From: Candidatus Nealsonbacteria bacterium RIFCSPLOWO2_01_FULL_38_120
GTDB taxonomy: Bacteria; Patescibacteriota; Minisyncoccia; Minisyncoccales; GWA2-38-27
DNA length: 41,462 nucleotides
Direction: 5' to 3'
Assembly (NCBI GenBank): GCA_001821475.1
Contig: MHMF01000036.1
Span: 1-41,462, forward strand
How positions within the stretch are numbered: the first letter of the stretch is position 1; each line of letters starts with the position of its first letter. A model generated the notes under the pieces. The model did no database searches. It saw only the letters and a program-made list of their open reading frames with translations, and was not told where the DNA came from. The position numbers and the translations under genes are program-made. Shown here in pieces: positions 8,568-20,319 of the stretch.

Positions 8568-9672
8568 ATGGAGAAAGATGATATTAAAATTGAAGATTTG
8601 GAAAGACGACTCTATCATCTGATGGACCGGCTTTGAGTTTTCTGAAAATAAGGAAAAATTAAAAGAGCTGGAAAAGGAATCGCAGAATCCAAATTTTTGG
8701 CTGAACCGGGAAAGGGCGGGCAAGGCAAGCCAGGAAATTTCTGAGTTCAGAGAAACAACAAGCGGGTTTGAAAGAATTAAACAAGAACTAAAAGAATTAA
8801 AAGAGCTTGAAACATTGGCAGAAGAAGATGATGGCTTGGCGAGCGAAGTTCAGGATAAGATAATTATTTTGGAAAAAGAAATAAAAAATCAAGAGGCAAA
8901 AGTTTTTCTTTCAGGCAAGTATGATAAGAATAACGCTATTTTGGAAATATTTTCCGGAGCGGGCGGGGTTGACGCGCAGGATTGGGCAACAATGATTTTG
9001 AGAATGTATCAGAGATATTGCGAGGAAAAAGAATTTGATGTTAATGTTTTGCATCAGTCGTTCGGCGAAGCGGGTGGGCCAGAAGGAAGAATCGGCGTAA
9101 AATCCGCCACCTTGGAAATAAAGGGGAGGTACGCTTACGGGTTTCTGAAAAAAGAAACAGGAGTGCACCGTTTGGTAAGGTTGTCTCCGTTTTCAGCCAA
9201 GAAACTGCGCCATACTTCTTTTGCTTTGGTTGAGGTTATGCCTGAGCTTGACAGGGAGGAGGAGCAAGAAATTAAGATTAAGCCGGAAGAAATAAAAATT
9301 GATTTTTACAGGGCCTCGGGACCAGGAGGTCAAAATGTGAATAAAAGGGAATCAGCTGTAAGGATTACTCATTTGCCGACTGGAATCGCGGCGAGCTGTC
9401 AGATGGAGAGAACGCAGGGTAAAAACCGGGAAATGGCGCTTAAAATTATTTGCGCTAAGCTTTATCAAGTTAGAGAAGAGGGATGGTTAAAGGAAATAAA
9501 AGAAGTAAAGGGGGATAGGATTTCGGCGAGTTGGGGAAATCAGATAAGGTCTTATGTTTTGCATCCGTATAAAATGGTGAAGGATTTGAGAACAGGGGTT
9601 GAAACATCGGATGTGGAAGCGGTGTTAGACGGGAAATTAGAAGAATTTATAGAAGCGGAAATAAAAACATAA
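8568..9672 (+). CDS. prfB: Peptide chain release factor 2 with programmed +1 frameshift
   Basis: The ATG at 8568 reads to CTT TGA (8631-8636). The +1 frame from 8635 is continuous with the ORF carrying SPF and GGQ. Confidence 0.95.
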
Positions 9673-9697
9673 CAGGAATATTTTCCATTATAAATTT

Positions 9698-9826
9698 GAA
9701 TTATGAATCAGGAATTATGAATTAATAATAATTGCCCCTTCCTCAATCCTCCCCCAAGCGCTCAACGAATTTGAGCATTATGGGGAGGAGGGGTGGGGGG
9801 AATTCTTAATTCCAAATTCATAATTC
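9698..9826. repeat. Nested palindromic element: 7-mer (GAATTAT) arms around a CCTCCCC/GGGGAGG hairpin
   Basis: GAATTATGAATCAGGAATTATGAATT ... AATTCTTAATTCCAAATTCATAATTC encloses a C-rich/G-rich stem with an inner GCTCAA/TTGAGC hairpin. Confidence 0.75.
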
Positions 9827-9833
9827 AGTTTTG

Positions 9834-10529
9834 ATGCTTTGTTTTAAGAATATAATCAAAAATTATCCGTCCCGTTCGGGCAATGAATTGGCTGTTGCTT
9901 TAGACGATGTTTCGTTTGAAGTGAAAGAAAAAGAGTTTGTTTCAATAGTGGGCAAATCCGGAGCTGGGAAAACAACTTTATTGCGGCTGGCTATCGCCCA
10001 AGAGTCGCCTACAACAGGCCAGGTTTTTTTTCAAGGCAGGGATGTGCATAAAATAAAAAAATCTCAGATTCCGAAATTACGCCAGAGAATTGGGGTTGTT
10101 TTCCAGGATTATAAACTGTTTGCTTCAAAAAATACTTTTGAGAATGTGGCGTATATAATGGAGATAACAGGAGCGGAAGATAAAGAAATAAAACGCGATG
10201 TTCCGCAGATTTTAAATATTGTGGGGTTGTCTAGCAGGGAGCGCAATTTTCCAAACGAGCTTTCCGGAGGAGAAAAACAGCGGCTGGCAATCGCCAGAGC
10301 GCTTATCCATAGGCCGGAAATAATTTTAGCAGATGAACCGACTGGAAATTTAGACCCTTATAATACTTTTGGAATTATCCGTCTTTTGGTAAAAATTTAC
10401 GAATCCGGGACGACTGTTGTTTTAGCTACCCATGACAGGGAAGTCATCAACACTTTGGGTAAAAGAGTAATAACATTAGACGGAGGAAAAGTTGTTAGAG
10501 ATGAAGAGCGAGGAAGATTTGTTTTATAA
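9834..10529 (+). CDS. ftsE: Cell division ABC ATPase FtsE
   Basis: GKSGAGKTT, VVFQDYKL, LSGGEKQR and ADEPTGNLD; adjacent to ftsX. Confidence 0.9.
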   Translation: MLCFKNIIKNYPSRSGNELAVALDDVSFEVKEKEFVSIVGKSGAGKTTLLRLAIAQESPTTGQVFFQGRDVHKIKKSQIPKLRQRIGVVFQDYKLFASKNTFENVAYIMEITGAEDKEIKRDVPQILNIVGLSSRERNFPNELSGGEKQRLAIARALIHRPEIILADEPTGNLDPYNTFGIIRLLVKIYESGTTVVLATHDREVINTLGKRVITLDGGKVVRDEERGRFVL

Positions 10530-10553
10530 ATCAGAAACTTAAAACTTAAAATT

Positions 10554-11462
10554 ATGTTTATTTCCTTAAAACGAGTAATCAAAGCGGGTTGGAAAAATTT
10601 TGTTCATAATATTGGTCTTAATTCAGCGGCTATTTTTATTACGGCAATGGTTATTTCTTTAATATCTTTTCTTTTTATTTTAGCGGCCGCTTCCCAAATT
10701 TTAATTTCTAATGTCCAGGAAAAAATAGATGTTTCTGTTTATTTCAAAGAAGATGTTTCGTCGGAAAATATTTTGCAGGCAAAATCAGAAATCTCCGGCT
10801 TGCCGGAAGTAAAAAATGTAAGCTATGTGTCAAAAGAACAAGCGCTGGAGGATTTTGTTCAAAAGCACAAAGACGACCCTGTTTTAATGGAATCTTTAAC
10901 GGAAATAGGGTATAACCCTTTCTTGTCGTATCTTAATATTGAAGCCGAGCAAGCGCAAAATTACGAACAGATCGCATATTATTTAAAAAATGGAGAATTT
11001 GAAGATTTAATTGACAGCGTTGATTATAATCAGAGAAAAGAAGTTATTGATAAGGTTTTTTCAATAACTTCGGTGATAAATAAAATAGGAATTATTTTCA
11101 GCATTGTCTTGGGCTCGGTTGCGGTTTTGGTTATTTTTAATACTATAAAAATAGCCATTGCCGGTTCTGGCGAAGAAATATCAACTATGCGCTTGGTGGG
11201 CGCTTCAAATTGGTTTGCGAAAGGTCCTTTTCTAATTCAGGGCTTAATCGTAGGTATAGGGGCTTTTATTCTCGCTTTTATAGTTATATTATCTGTTTGC
11301 TGGAGCATAGACATTAAAATGCAATCAATTATTCCGTCAGTCGGCGCCTTTAATCTGCTCGTCAGCAATATCTGGCTCGTCTTGTTAATCCAGTTTTTGA
11401 CGGGAGTGTGTTTGTCGTCCGCATCCGCCGTAATCGCCATAGGAAAATATTTGAAAGTTTAG
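10554..11462 (+). CDS. ftsX: Cell division permease FtsX
   Basis: Four TM segments with a large extracellular loop; EISTMRLVGAS...PFLIQG motif. Confidence 0.9.
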   Translation: MFISLKRVIKAGWKNFVHNIGLNSAAIFITAMVISLISFLFILAAASQILISNVQEKIDVSVYFKEDVSSENILQAKSEISGLPEVKNVSYVSKEQALEDFVQKHKDDPVLMESLTEIGYNPFLSYLNIEAEQAQNYEQIAYYLKNGEFEDLIDSVDYNQRKEVIDKVFSITSVINKIGIIFSIVLGSVAVLVIFNTIKIAIAGSGEEISTMRLVGASNWFAKGPFLIQGLIVGIGAFILAFIVILSVCWSIDIKMQSIIPSVGAFNLLVSNIWLVLLIQFLTGVCLSSASAVIAIGKYLKV

Positions 11463-11497
11463 CGATTTTCGTTTAGAAATGTGGGTAGTTTTATTAT

Positions 11498-11568
11498 TGC
11501 GGGGTAGTGTAATGGTAGCACGTCACGCTCTGGACGTGAAAATTTAGGTTCGAATCCTAACCCCGCAG
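11498..11568 (+). tRNA. tRNA-Gln(CTG)
   Basis: Acceptor stem TGCGGGG/CCCCGCA; anticodon arm TCACG-CTCTGGA-CGTGA; GGTTCGAATCC. Confidence 0.93.
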
Positions 11569-11633
11569 CAGCGAAAATAAACTTAATTCAAGGTAATTTA
11601 ATAAAAAATCGGAGTTGATATTGTTTTTATAAT

Positions 11634-12326
11634 ATGGAAAATCTTAAAAAACCATTTGTATTTTTATGCGCCGGAATGTCTTTAGACGGAAAATTGAGTA
11701 ATTATAAAAAAGAATGTTCCGCTATCTCAAGCGATAATGACAGAAAAATGCTTTACGATTATCGCGTTATTGCAGATGCCGTGATGATTGGTGGGAATAC
11801 ATTGCAATTAGATGATTCTGGTTTAACGACAAAAAGCGTAGAAAGACAAAATAAGAGAGTTAAGTTGGGTAAATCGTCAGAGCCGATGAAGGTGTCTGTT
11901 ATATCAGACGCCAATAATTTAAAAACCAGCGGCGATTTTTTTAACAAAGGAAATGGAAAAAGAGTAATTTTTACGACAAAGAAAACATTGCAGAAAAAAA
12001 TAGACGAAATAAAAAAGAAAGCGAAAGTTTTTATTTTAGGGGATAATTGGGTAGATCTTAAAAAGGCATTAGAAATTCTTTATGAATTAGGAGTTAAAAA
12101 ATTAATGGTTGAAGGCGGCGGTACTCTTATTTATGAATTATTAAAAGATGATTTAATAGACGAAATTAATCTCAAAATAGGAGATTTGATTATTGGCGGA
12201 AAAAACACCGTAACTTTATGCGATGGGGAAGGATTTGACAAGCTAAATGTTAAAAAAGTTAAATTTGTTAAAATAACCAAAAAACCAAATTTTTTGATAT
12301 TAAAAGCAAAAATTATAAAGAATTAG
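11634..12326 (+). CDS. RibD C-terminal-domain reductase (stand-alone pyrimidine reductase-like)
   Basis: MSLDGK, DAVMIGGNT, LMVEGGGTL and LIDEI motifs. Confidence 0.85.
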   Translation: MENLKKPFVFLCAGMSLDGKLSNYKKECSAISSDNDRKMLYDYRVIADAVMIGGNTLQLDDSGLTTKSVERQNKRVKLGKSSEPMKVSVISDANNLKTSGDFFNKGNGKRVIFTTKKTLQKKIDEIKKKAKVFILGDNWVDLKKALEILYELGVKKLMVEGGGTLIYELLKDDLIDEINLKIGDLIIGGKNTVTLCDGEGFDKLNVKKVKFVKITKKPNFLILKAKIIKN

Positions 12327-12350
12327 AACTGACGCTATTTCATAAGTTTT

Positions 12351-13097
12351 ATGAAAATTATATTTTTAGGGGTAGGGGAGGCGTTTGATGAAAATTTGCC
12401 CAATAATTCTCAATTAGTTATGTCTGGCAAGATAAACTTGCTTTTGGATTGCGGATTTACAGTTCCCCAGCAAATTTGGAAATACAGCCAAGATAAAAAT
12501 TTATTAGACGCTATTTATATTAGCCACCAGCACGGAGACCATTTTTGTGGCCTGCCCGCTTTGCTTGTAAGAATGTGGGAGGAGGGAAGGAAAAAATATT
12601 TAACGATTATCTGCCAGAAAAATTTCAAAGAAAAATTCAAGGAGTTTATGGATTTTGTTTATTTTGGATTTATGGATAAGTTTGATTATAAAATAAATTT
12701 AATTGAAGCCAGAGAAGGGGAAAAGATGGAATTTCAGGGTTTAAATTTATTTTTTGAAAAAACCAACCATTCTGCAGAAAATTTGGCGATAAAAGTAAAC
12801 GACGGAAAAAATATTTTTTGTTATAGCGGGGACGGATCTCCGAAAGAGAAAAGCGAGTTTTATAAAAATACCGATCTAGCTATTTTGGAAACATATCTAT
12901 ATGATGTGAATAAAATCGGCCATTCATCAGTCATCGGAGCAACAAAATTCGTTCAAAAAAATAATATTAAATGTTTGGCGCTTACGCACTTAAACAGGGA
13001 TTTGAGAAGAAACGAATTAACCGTGTTAAAAGATAAGATAAAAAACAATAAAGTTAAAATTATAATTCCCGAGCCGTTTGAAGAATATAATTTTTGA
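12351..13097 (+). CDS. MBL-fold metallo-hydrolase, RNase Z-like
   Basis: IFLGVG, LLDCG, SHQHGDH, YSGD, GHS and LTH motifs. Confidence 0.85.
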   Translation: MKIIFLGVGEAFDENLPNNSQLVMSGKINLLLDCGFTVPQQIWKYSQDKNLLDAIYISHQHGDHFCGLPALLVRMWEEGRKKYLTIICQKNFKEKFKEFMDFVYFGFMDKFDYKINLIEAREGEKMEFQGLNLFFEKTNHSAENLAIKVNDGKNIFCYSGDGSPKEKSEFYKNTDLAILETYLYDVNKIGHSSVIGATKFVQKNNIKCLALTHLNRDLRRNELTVLKDKIKNNKVKIIIPEPFEEYNF

Positions 13098-13188
13098 GTC
13101 AGTTTTTAATGGCGAGATCTATTTGTTTGTGTTGGCATTCATCTCTGCGCAAACAAAAATTTGCAAAAAATTTTGGGTTTGCTATTAT

Positions 13189-13640
13189 ATACCCTGAAGC
13201 GAACTAGTTATATTTTTATTTTGGCTACGCCTTTGCAAAACTGTGTGACTGCCAGATAGTCACAAGATTGTTACTATCTGGCAGTCATACAATTTTTGCT
13301 TCGGCTCGCACATACCTCCCGCAAAGATAACTTTCCGCAACGAAATTTAATAATTTTGAAGCGAAAATTTGATAGAACGAGGAAGCATATCTAATGGATA
13401 TGCTTACGAGTTATAGGAAATTTATAGCCAGAATTATTAAATTGCGGTAGAAATGGTTATCTTTGCAAAAGGTTTAAAACCAAAACAAAATATCTATGAT
13501 ATAATTGGGTCGCTCGCTCGGAAGAGGAAAATCTACGCTCGTCAGAATGAAAATAAATTTTCATTCTTCCTCGCTTGCTTTTCCTCTTCCTCTCTCGCTC
13601 ACCAATTATAGTCCGGAAGGAATTCCACAATTCAAAGTAT
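13189..13640. mobile_element. Composite non-autonomous MITE-like element upstream of atpB with a nested insertion
   Basis: Ends are ATACCCTGAA...TTCAAAGTAT. The segment 13241-13460 is flanked by a CTTTGCAAAA duplication and is absent from the inverted sister copy at 14686-14919. Confidence 0.7.
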
Positions 13641-13678
13641 TTAAAATTTAATTTTTAAAAATAGAAATATAAGGTTGT

Positions 13679-14410
13679 ATGCAGGAAATATCATTGAGGG
13701 CGGAGGAAATTTTTAAAGTCGGAAACTACGCCATTACTAATGGCTTATTTTTATCCTTTATAGCGCTTTTGATTTTATCCGTCTTTGCATGGAAATTCAA
13801 AAAGAATATAAAATCCGTTCCAGACATTATCCAAAATATCGCTGAATTTTTGATTGAGTCTCTGCTTTCCCTGATGGATTCTGTTTTTTTAGACAGAAAA
13901 AAATCAGAGAAGTATCTGCCACTGATCGCCACGATTTTTATTTTTATTCTAGTTTCCAATTGGCTTGGATTGCTTCCGGGGGTAGGTTCATTTATTTTAC
14001 ATAAAGAAGAGGGGAGTATTCCATTGCTGAGATCTCCGGCAAGCGATCTTAATTTTACTCTCGCTCTGGCAATAATCGCCATTTTGTCAACTAATTTTTT
14101 CGGGGTTGCGGCGCTTGGTTTTCTTATGCATATCAAAAAATTTTTCAATTTTTCAAATCCGATAAAATTTTTTGTGGGCATATTGGAGCTTTTGTCTGAA
14201 TTTTCCAGAATGATTTCATTTTCTTTCCGGTTGTTCGGCAATGTTTTTGCGGGAGAGGTTCTTTTAACGATTGTGTTTTTCCTAGCGCCATATATTGCGC
14301 CAATTCCGTTTTTATTTCTGGAAATGTTTTTCGGAGCGATACAGGCCTTGATTTTCGCGATGCTTACTTTGGTTTTCCTGTCAATACACACGGCGATGGA
14401 GGAACATTAA
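13679..14410 (+). CDS. atpB: F0F1 ATP synthase subunit a
   Basis: SFSFRLFGNVFAGEV and GAIQALIFAML motifs. Confidence 0.96.
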   Translation: MQEISLRAEEIFKVGNYAITNGLFLSFIALLILSVFAWKFKKNIKSVPDIIQNIAEFLIESLLSLMDSVFLDRKKSEKYLPLIATIFIFILVSNWLGLLPGVGSFILHKEEGSIPLLRSPASDLNFTLALAIIAILSTNFFGVAALGFLMHIKKFFNFSNPIKFFVGILELLSEFSRMISFSFRLFGNVFAGEVLLTIVFFLAPYIAPIPFLFLEMFFGAIQALIFAMLTLVFLSIHTAMEEH

Positions 14411-14444
14411 AAGGTCGTTAATAAAAATTAAAAATCAAAATTAT

Positions 14445-14675
14445 ATGGATGCAGAAACAATAAATTTTATAGCCATTGCCGTGATAATGAGTTTTGGGGT
14501 GGTTGGTCCGGCATTTGCTATCGGCAAAATCGGTTCGTCGGCGTTAAGGGGCATAAGCAGAAATCCGGAGGCGTCCTCAAAAATACAAACAAGCATGGTT
14601 TTAGCGATTGCTTTTGCCGAGGCCTTGGGCATTTACGCGTTAGTCGTATCGCTTATTCTTAAATTCGTCGCTTAG
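14445..14675 (+). CDS. atpE: ATP synthase subunit c
   Basis: SRNPEA loop and AFAEALGIYALV. Confidence 0.96.
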   Translation: MDAETINFIAIAVIMSFGVVGPAFAIGKIGSSALRGISRNPEASSKIQTSMVLAIAFAEALGIYALVVSLILKFVA

Positions 14676-14685
14676 TCGTTGTTAC

Positions 14686-14919
14686 ATACCTTGAACTACG
14701 AAATTCCTTTCGGACTATAATTGGCGAGCGAGAGAGGAAGAGGAAAAGCAAGCGAGGAAGAATGAAAATTTATTTTCATTCTGACGAGCGTAGATTTTCC
14801 TTTTCCGAGCGAGCGACCCAATTATATCATAGATATTTTGTTTTGGTTTCAAGCCTTTTGCAAAGGCGTAGCCAAAATAAAAATATAACTAGTTGAAGAA
14901 ATTTCTCAATTCAAGGTAT
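14686..14919. mobile_element. MITE-like element between atpE and atpF
   Basis: Terminal inverted repeats ATACCTTGAA/TTCAAGGTAT. 14702-14865 is the reverse complement of 13461-13624 with about 5 mismatches. Confidence 0.8.
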
Positions 14920-14927
14920 AAATATAA

Positions 14928-15437
14928 ATGGGAGAATTTCTCAGCCAATTCGGAATCAGCTGGAAACTTCTTTTGAGCCAGCTTATAAATTTCGCCTTAA
15001 TCTTAATCGTATTAAGGATTTTTATTTACAAACCTTTGCTTAATGTTTTGAAAGAGAGAAGGGAAAAAATAGAAAAAGGATTGATGAAGGCGGAAGAATG
15101 CGATGTCCGCCTAAAAGAAGTGGATGAAATGGCGAAAGGAAAACTAAGAGAAGTTGACGAAAGATGCGTTATTTTATTATCGCAAACCGATGCCAGAAAA
15201 AAGCAATTAGAAGCAGAAATTATTTTAAAAGCCAAACAAAAAGAAGAGGAATTGCTCAAAATGGCGGAAATAATGGCAGATAGCCGAAAAAAGGAAATGT
15301 ATGAAGGATTAAAGATGGAGGCTGGTCAGATTATCCGTTCCGTAATAGCCAAAGCCATTAAAGATGAGCCGGAACAGATTGATGAAAAATTAATCAAAAA
15401 AACGGTAGATGCGCTGGTTAAAGATTTTCGTGACTAA
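14928..15437 (+). CDS. atpF: ATP synthase subunit b
   Basis: QLINF N-terminal TM, YKPLLNVLKERREKI, coiled coil; operon position. Confidence 0.92.
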   Translation: MGEFLSQFGISWKLLLSQLINFALILIVLRIFIYKPLLNVLKERREKIEKGLMKAEECDVRLKEVDEMAKGKLREVDERCVILLSQTDARKKQLEAEIILKAKQKEEELLKMAEIMADSRKKEMYEGLKMEAGQIIRSVIAKAIKDEPEQIDEKLIKKTVDALVKDFRD

Positions 15438-15552
15438 ATTTTTAAATTTTAAAACGAAAATTTGATAAAACGAGGAAGGCTTATAAACGAAGCGATAAGC
15501 CGACGAGTTTTAGCGGATTTGCAGTTAAAATATAGAAATTGCCGTAGAAAAA
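15437..15552 (+). repeat. REP-like module, direct relative of 13340-13453
   Basis: CGAAAATTTGATA.AACGAGGAAG [hairpin] ACGAGTT...AAATTGC.GTAGAAA occurs in both copies. Confidence 0.75.
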
Positions 15553-15593
15553 TTTTTAATCAGCGCGTCTATTAATGATCTTGGAAAAAGAAA

Positions 15594-15983
15594 ATGAATT
15601 GCAATATTAAAATATACGCAATAGCTTTTTGCGAAGCGGCAATGAGCGCAAAAAGCAAAAGCGACGTGGATAGATGCATAAAAAATCTTTTAGTTTTAGT
15701 TGAGGCGAATAGAGATCAAAAAAAACTTAAAGATATTTTTTCATCCGTGGAAAAAATAATCAGCCGTAAAACCGGGCATAGGAAGATTACAATAGAAAGC
15801 GCGAGGCAATTAAGCCATGCTAACGAAAAAAGAATCAAGAGCTTAATAAAACCGACAGACCGGGTTGAAAAAAAAATAGATAGTCGCTTGATTGCCGGCG
15901 TTAAAATAAATATAGATGATGAATTTCAATTAGACGGGTCTTTCGCGACAAAAATAAAAAATATATTAAATTTGCCTTGTTAG
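15594..15983 (+). CDS. atpH: ATP synthase subunit delta (short form)
   Basis: C-terminal IDSRLIAGVKINIDDEFQLDGS motif; lies between atpF and atpA. Confidence 0.85.
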   Translation: MNCNIKIYAIAFCEAAMSAKSKSDVDRCIKNLLVLVEANRDQKKLKDIFSSVEKIISRKTGHRKITIESARQLSHANEKRIKSLIKPTDRVEKKIDSRLIAGVKINIDDEFQLDGSFATKIKNILNLPC

Positions 15984-16001
15984 AATAAAAAACTTAAAAC
16001 A

Positions 16002-17525
16002 ATGTCTTACGAAATAATAGAAAAATTGAAACAGGCGATAGGCCAGTATGAAGATACGGAAAAACTGGAAGAAATAGGCCGGGTTATTGAATCGGGCGAC
16101 GGGATAGTAAAAATCTACGGATTGAAAAATGTGAAATCGCAGGAGGTTTTATCAATTGAAACTGCTGAAAATAAAATAGACGCGCTTGCCTTAAACTTGG
16201 AAGAGGACTCTGTGGGCGCTTTGGTTCTGGGCGATCATATTACCGTAAGAAGCGGGGATATCGTTAGAAGAACCAATAGACTGCTATCCATAGATGTCGG
16301 GAAAAGTTTATTGGGGAGAGTGGTGAGTCCTTTTGGCCGGCCGCTTGACGGAAAAGGTCCTGTATTCGCAGAAGGAAAATCAACTCAATATTTTTTAGAA
16401 AATGACGCTCCATCTGTTTTAGATCGTGAGCCGGTTAATACTCCTCTGCATACCGGCATCAAAACTATTGATTCAATGATACCCATAGGAAGAGGGCAGA
16501 GAGAGCTTATTATTGGCGATCGGCAAACAGGAAAAACAGCCATTGCCATTGATACTATAATAAATCAGCATTTGGACGCTTATAGAAAGATGCCGATTTG
16601 TATTTATGTGGCAATCGGGCAAAAAGAATCAAAAATAGCGAAAACAATTGAAACATTGAAAAATTTCGGAGCGTTGGAATATACAATTATTGTTTCCGCG
16701 CCCGCTTCTTCAAGCGCGGCTCTATGGTATTTAGCTCCTTACGCAGGGTGCGCGATCGGAGAATATTTTAGGGACAGGGGAGAGGATGCGGTTGTGATTT
16801 ACGACGATTTATCAAAGCACGCTTGGGCGTACAGGCAGATTTCTTTGCTCTTAAGGCGGCCCCCGGGAAGAGAAGCGTATCCGGGAGATATTTTTTATCT
16901 GCATTCCAGATTATTGGAAAGGGCGGCGAAATTATCCAAAGAAAAGGGTGGCGGTTCTTTGACGGCTTTGCCGATAGTTGAAACTCAGCTCGGCGATGTT
17001 ACGGCTTATATCCCGACCAATATTATTTCAATTACAGACGGCCAAATTTATCTTGAAAGCGATTTGTTTTACCAAGGCATAAGGCCCGCCGTTAATGTCG
17101 GCCTGTCTGTTTCCCGGGTAGGGTCAAAAGCCCAGACGTCGGCAATGAAAAGAATAGCAGGGAAGCTTCGTTTGGAGTTAGCCCAGTTCCGAGAGCTTCA
17201 GGCGTTTATTCAGTTCGCCTCCGATGTTGACGACACTACGAAGAAAAAAATCAAAAGAGGGCAGGTTATTACGGAAGCGTTGAAACAGCCGGATCTGAGC
17301 CCGATGCCATTTGAAAAGCAGCTTATTATTCTGTACGCTATGCTGAATAATTATTTTGACGATATAGACACGCTTGAACTGCCGGCTATACAAGCCAAGC
17401 TGATAGAAAATGTGGAGAAACTGCATAACATGGAAATAATGGAACCATTGAGAAAAACAGGAATACTTACAAAAGAGATAGAAGAAAAATTGAAAATAGC
17501 TATTACGAAAGTCGTCGCTAAATAG
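16002..17525 (+). CDS. atpA: ATP synthase subunit alpha
   Basis: GRGQRELIIGDRQTGKT and RRPPGREAYPGD. Confidence 0.98.
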   Translation: MSYEIIEKLKQAIGQYEDTEKLEEIGRVIESGDGIVKIYGLKNVKSQEVLSIETAENKIDALALNLEEDSVGALVLGDHITVRSGDIVRRTNRLLSIDVGKSLLGRVVSPFGRPLDGKGPVFAEGKSTQYFLENDAPSVLDREPVNTPLHTGIKTIDSMIPIGRGQRELIIGDRQTGKTAIAIDTIINQHLDAYRKMPICIYVAIGQKESKIAKTIETLKNFGALEYTIIVSAPASSSAALWYLAPYAGCAIGEYFRDRGEDAVVIYDDLSKHAWAYRQISLLLRRPPGREAYPGDIFYLHSRLLERAAKLSKEKGGGSLTALPIVETQLGDVTAYIPTNIISITDGQIYLESDLFYQGIRPAVNVGLSVSRVGSKAQTSAMKRIAGKLRLELAQFRELQAFIQFASDVDDTTKKKIKRGQVITEALKQPDLSPMPFEKQLIILYAMLNNYFDDIDTLELPAIQAKLIENVEKLHNMEIMEPLRKTGILTKEIEEKLKIAITKVVAK

Positions 17526-17544
17526 CCAAATACAAATTCCAACT

Positions 17545-19984
<2,440 letters not shown>

Positions 19985-19986
19985 TA

Positions 19987-20039
19987 TTGCGTGGCTATCC
20001 GATTGTAACATCGCGCGTGGTAATCGGATAGCCACGCAA
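19987..20039. repeat. 18-bp-arm inverted repeat between atpD and atpC
   Basis: TTGCGTGGCTATCCGATT / AATCGGATAGCCACGCAA. Confidence 0.85.
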
Positions 20040-20050
20040 ATATTTTACTT

Positions 20051-20317
20051 ATGAAATTATTTATTTATTCGTTAAAAAATACGCTTTTTGAGAGCGAGGC
20101 CGAGTCCTTAACTTGCGAAACCGTGAATGGGCAGATTACTATTTTAAACAACCACGAGCCCCTGATTACTTTGCTAAAAGATGGGGTGATTAAGATAATT
20201 GACAAAAACCAAAAGGCAAGCTATATTCAAACTATGGGAGGGTTCCTTGAAATTCGCGGTTCAAACGAAGTTCGTTGCATAATAGATCAAAACATAACAA
20301 GTCAAAATGAGAACTAA
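20051..20317 (+). CDS. atpC: ATP synthase subunit epsilon (N-terminal domain only)
   Basis: GQITILNNHEPLITLL and GGFLEI; lacks the C-terminal helices. Confidence 0.88.
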   Translation: MKLFIYSLKNTLFESEAESLTCETVNGQITILNNHEPLITLLKDGVIKIIDKNQKASYIQTMGGFLEIRGSNEVRCIIDQNITSQNEN

Positions 20318-20319
20318 TT

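Noticed and set aside
8815..9672. prfB as an N-terminally truncated gene or pseudogene
   Set aside because: Explained by the programmed +1 frameshift at 8631-8636 from the ATG at 8568.
13726..14391. 221-aa minus-strand ORF and the many other antisense ORFs in the track
   Set aside because: Shadows of well-supported + strand genes such as atpB, with no independent motifs.
14750..14825. Hammerhead ribozyme suggested by CTGACGAG
   Set aside because: No correctly placed stem II-GAAA and cleavage triplet could be built. The motif fits the REP-like repeat family.
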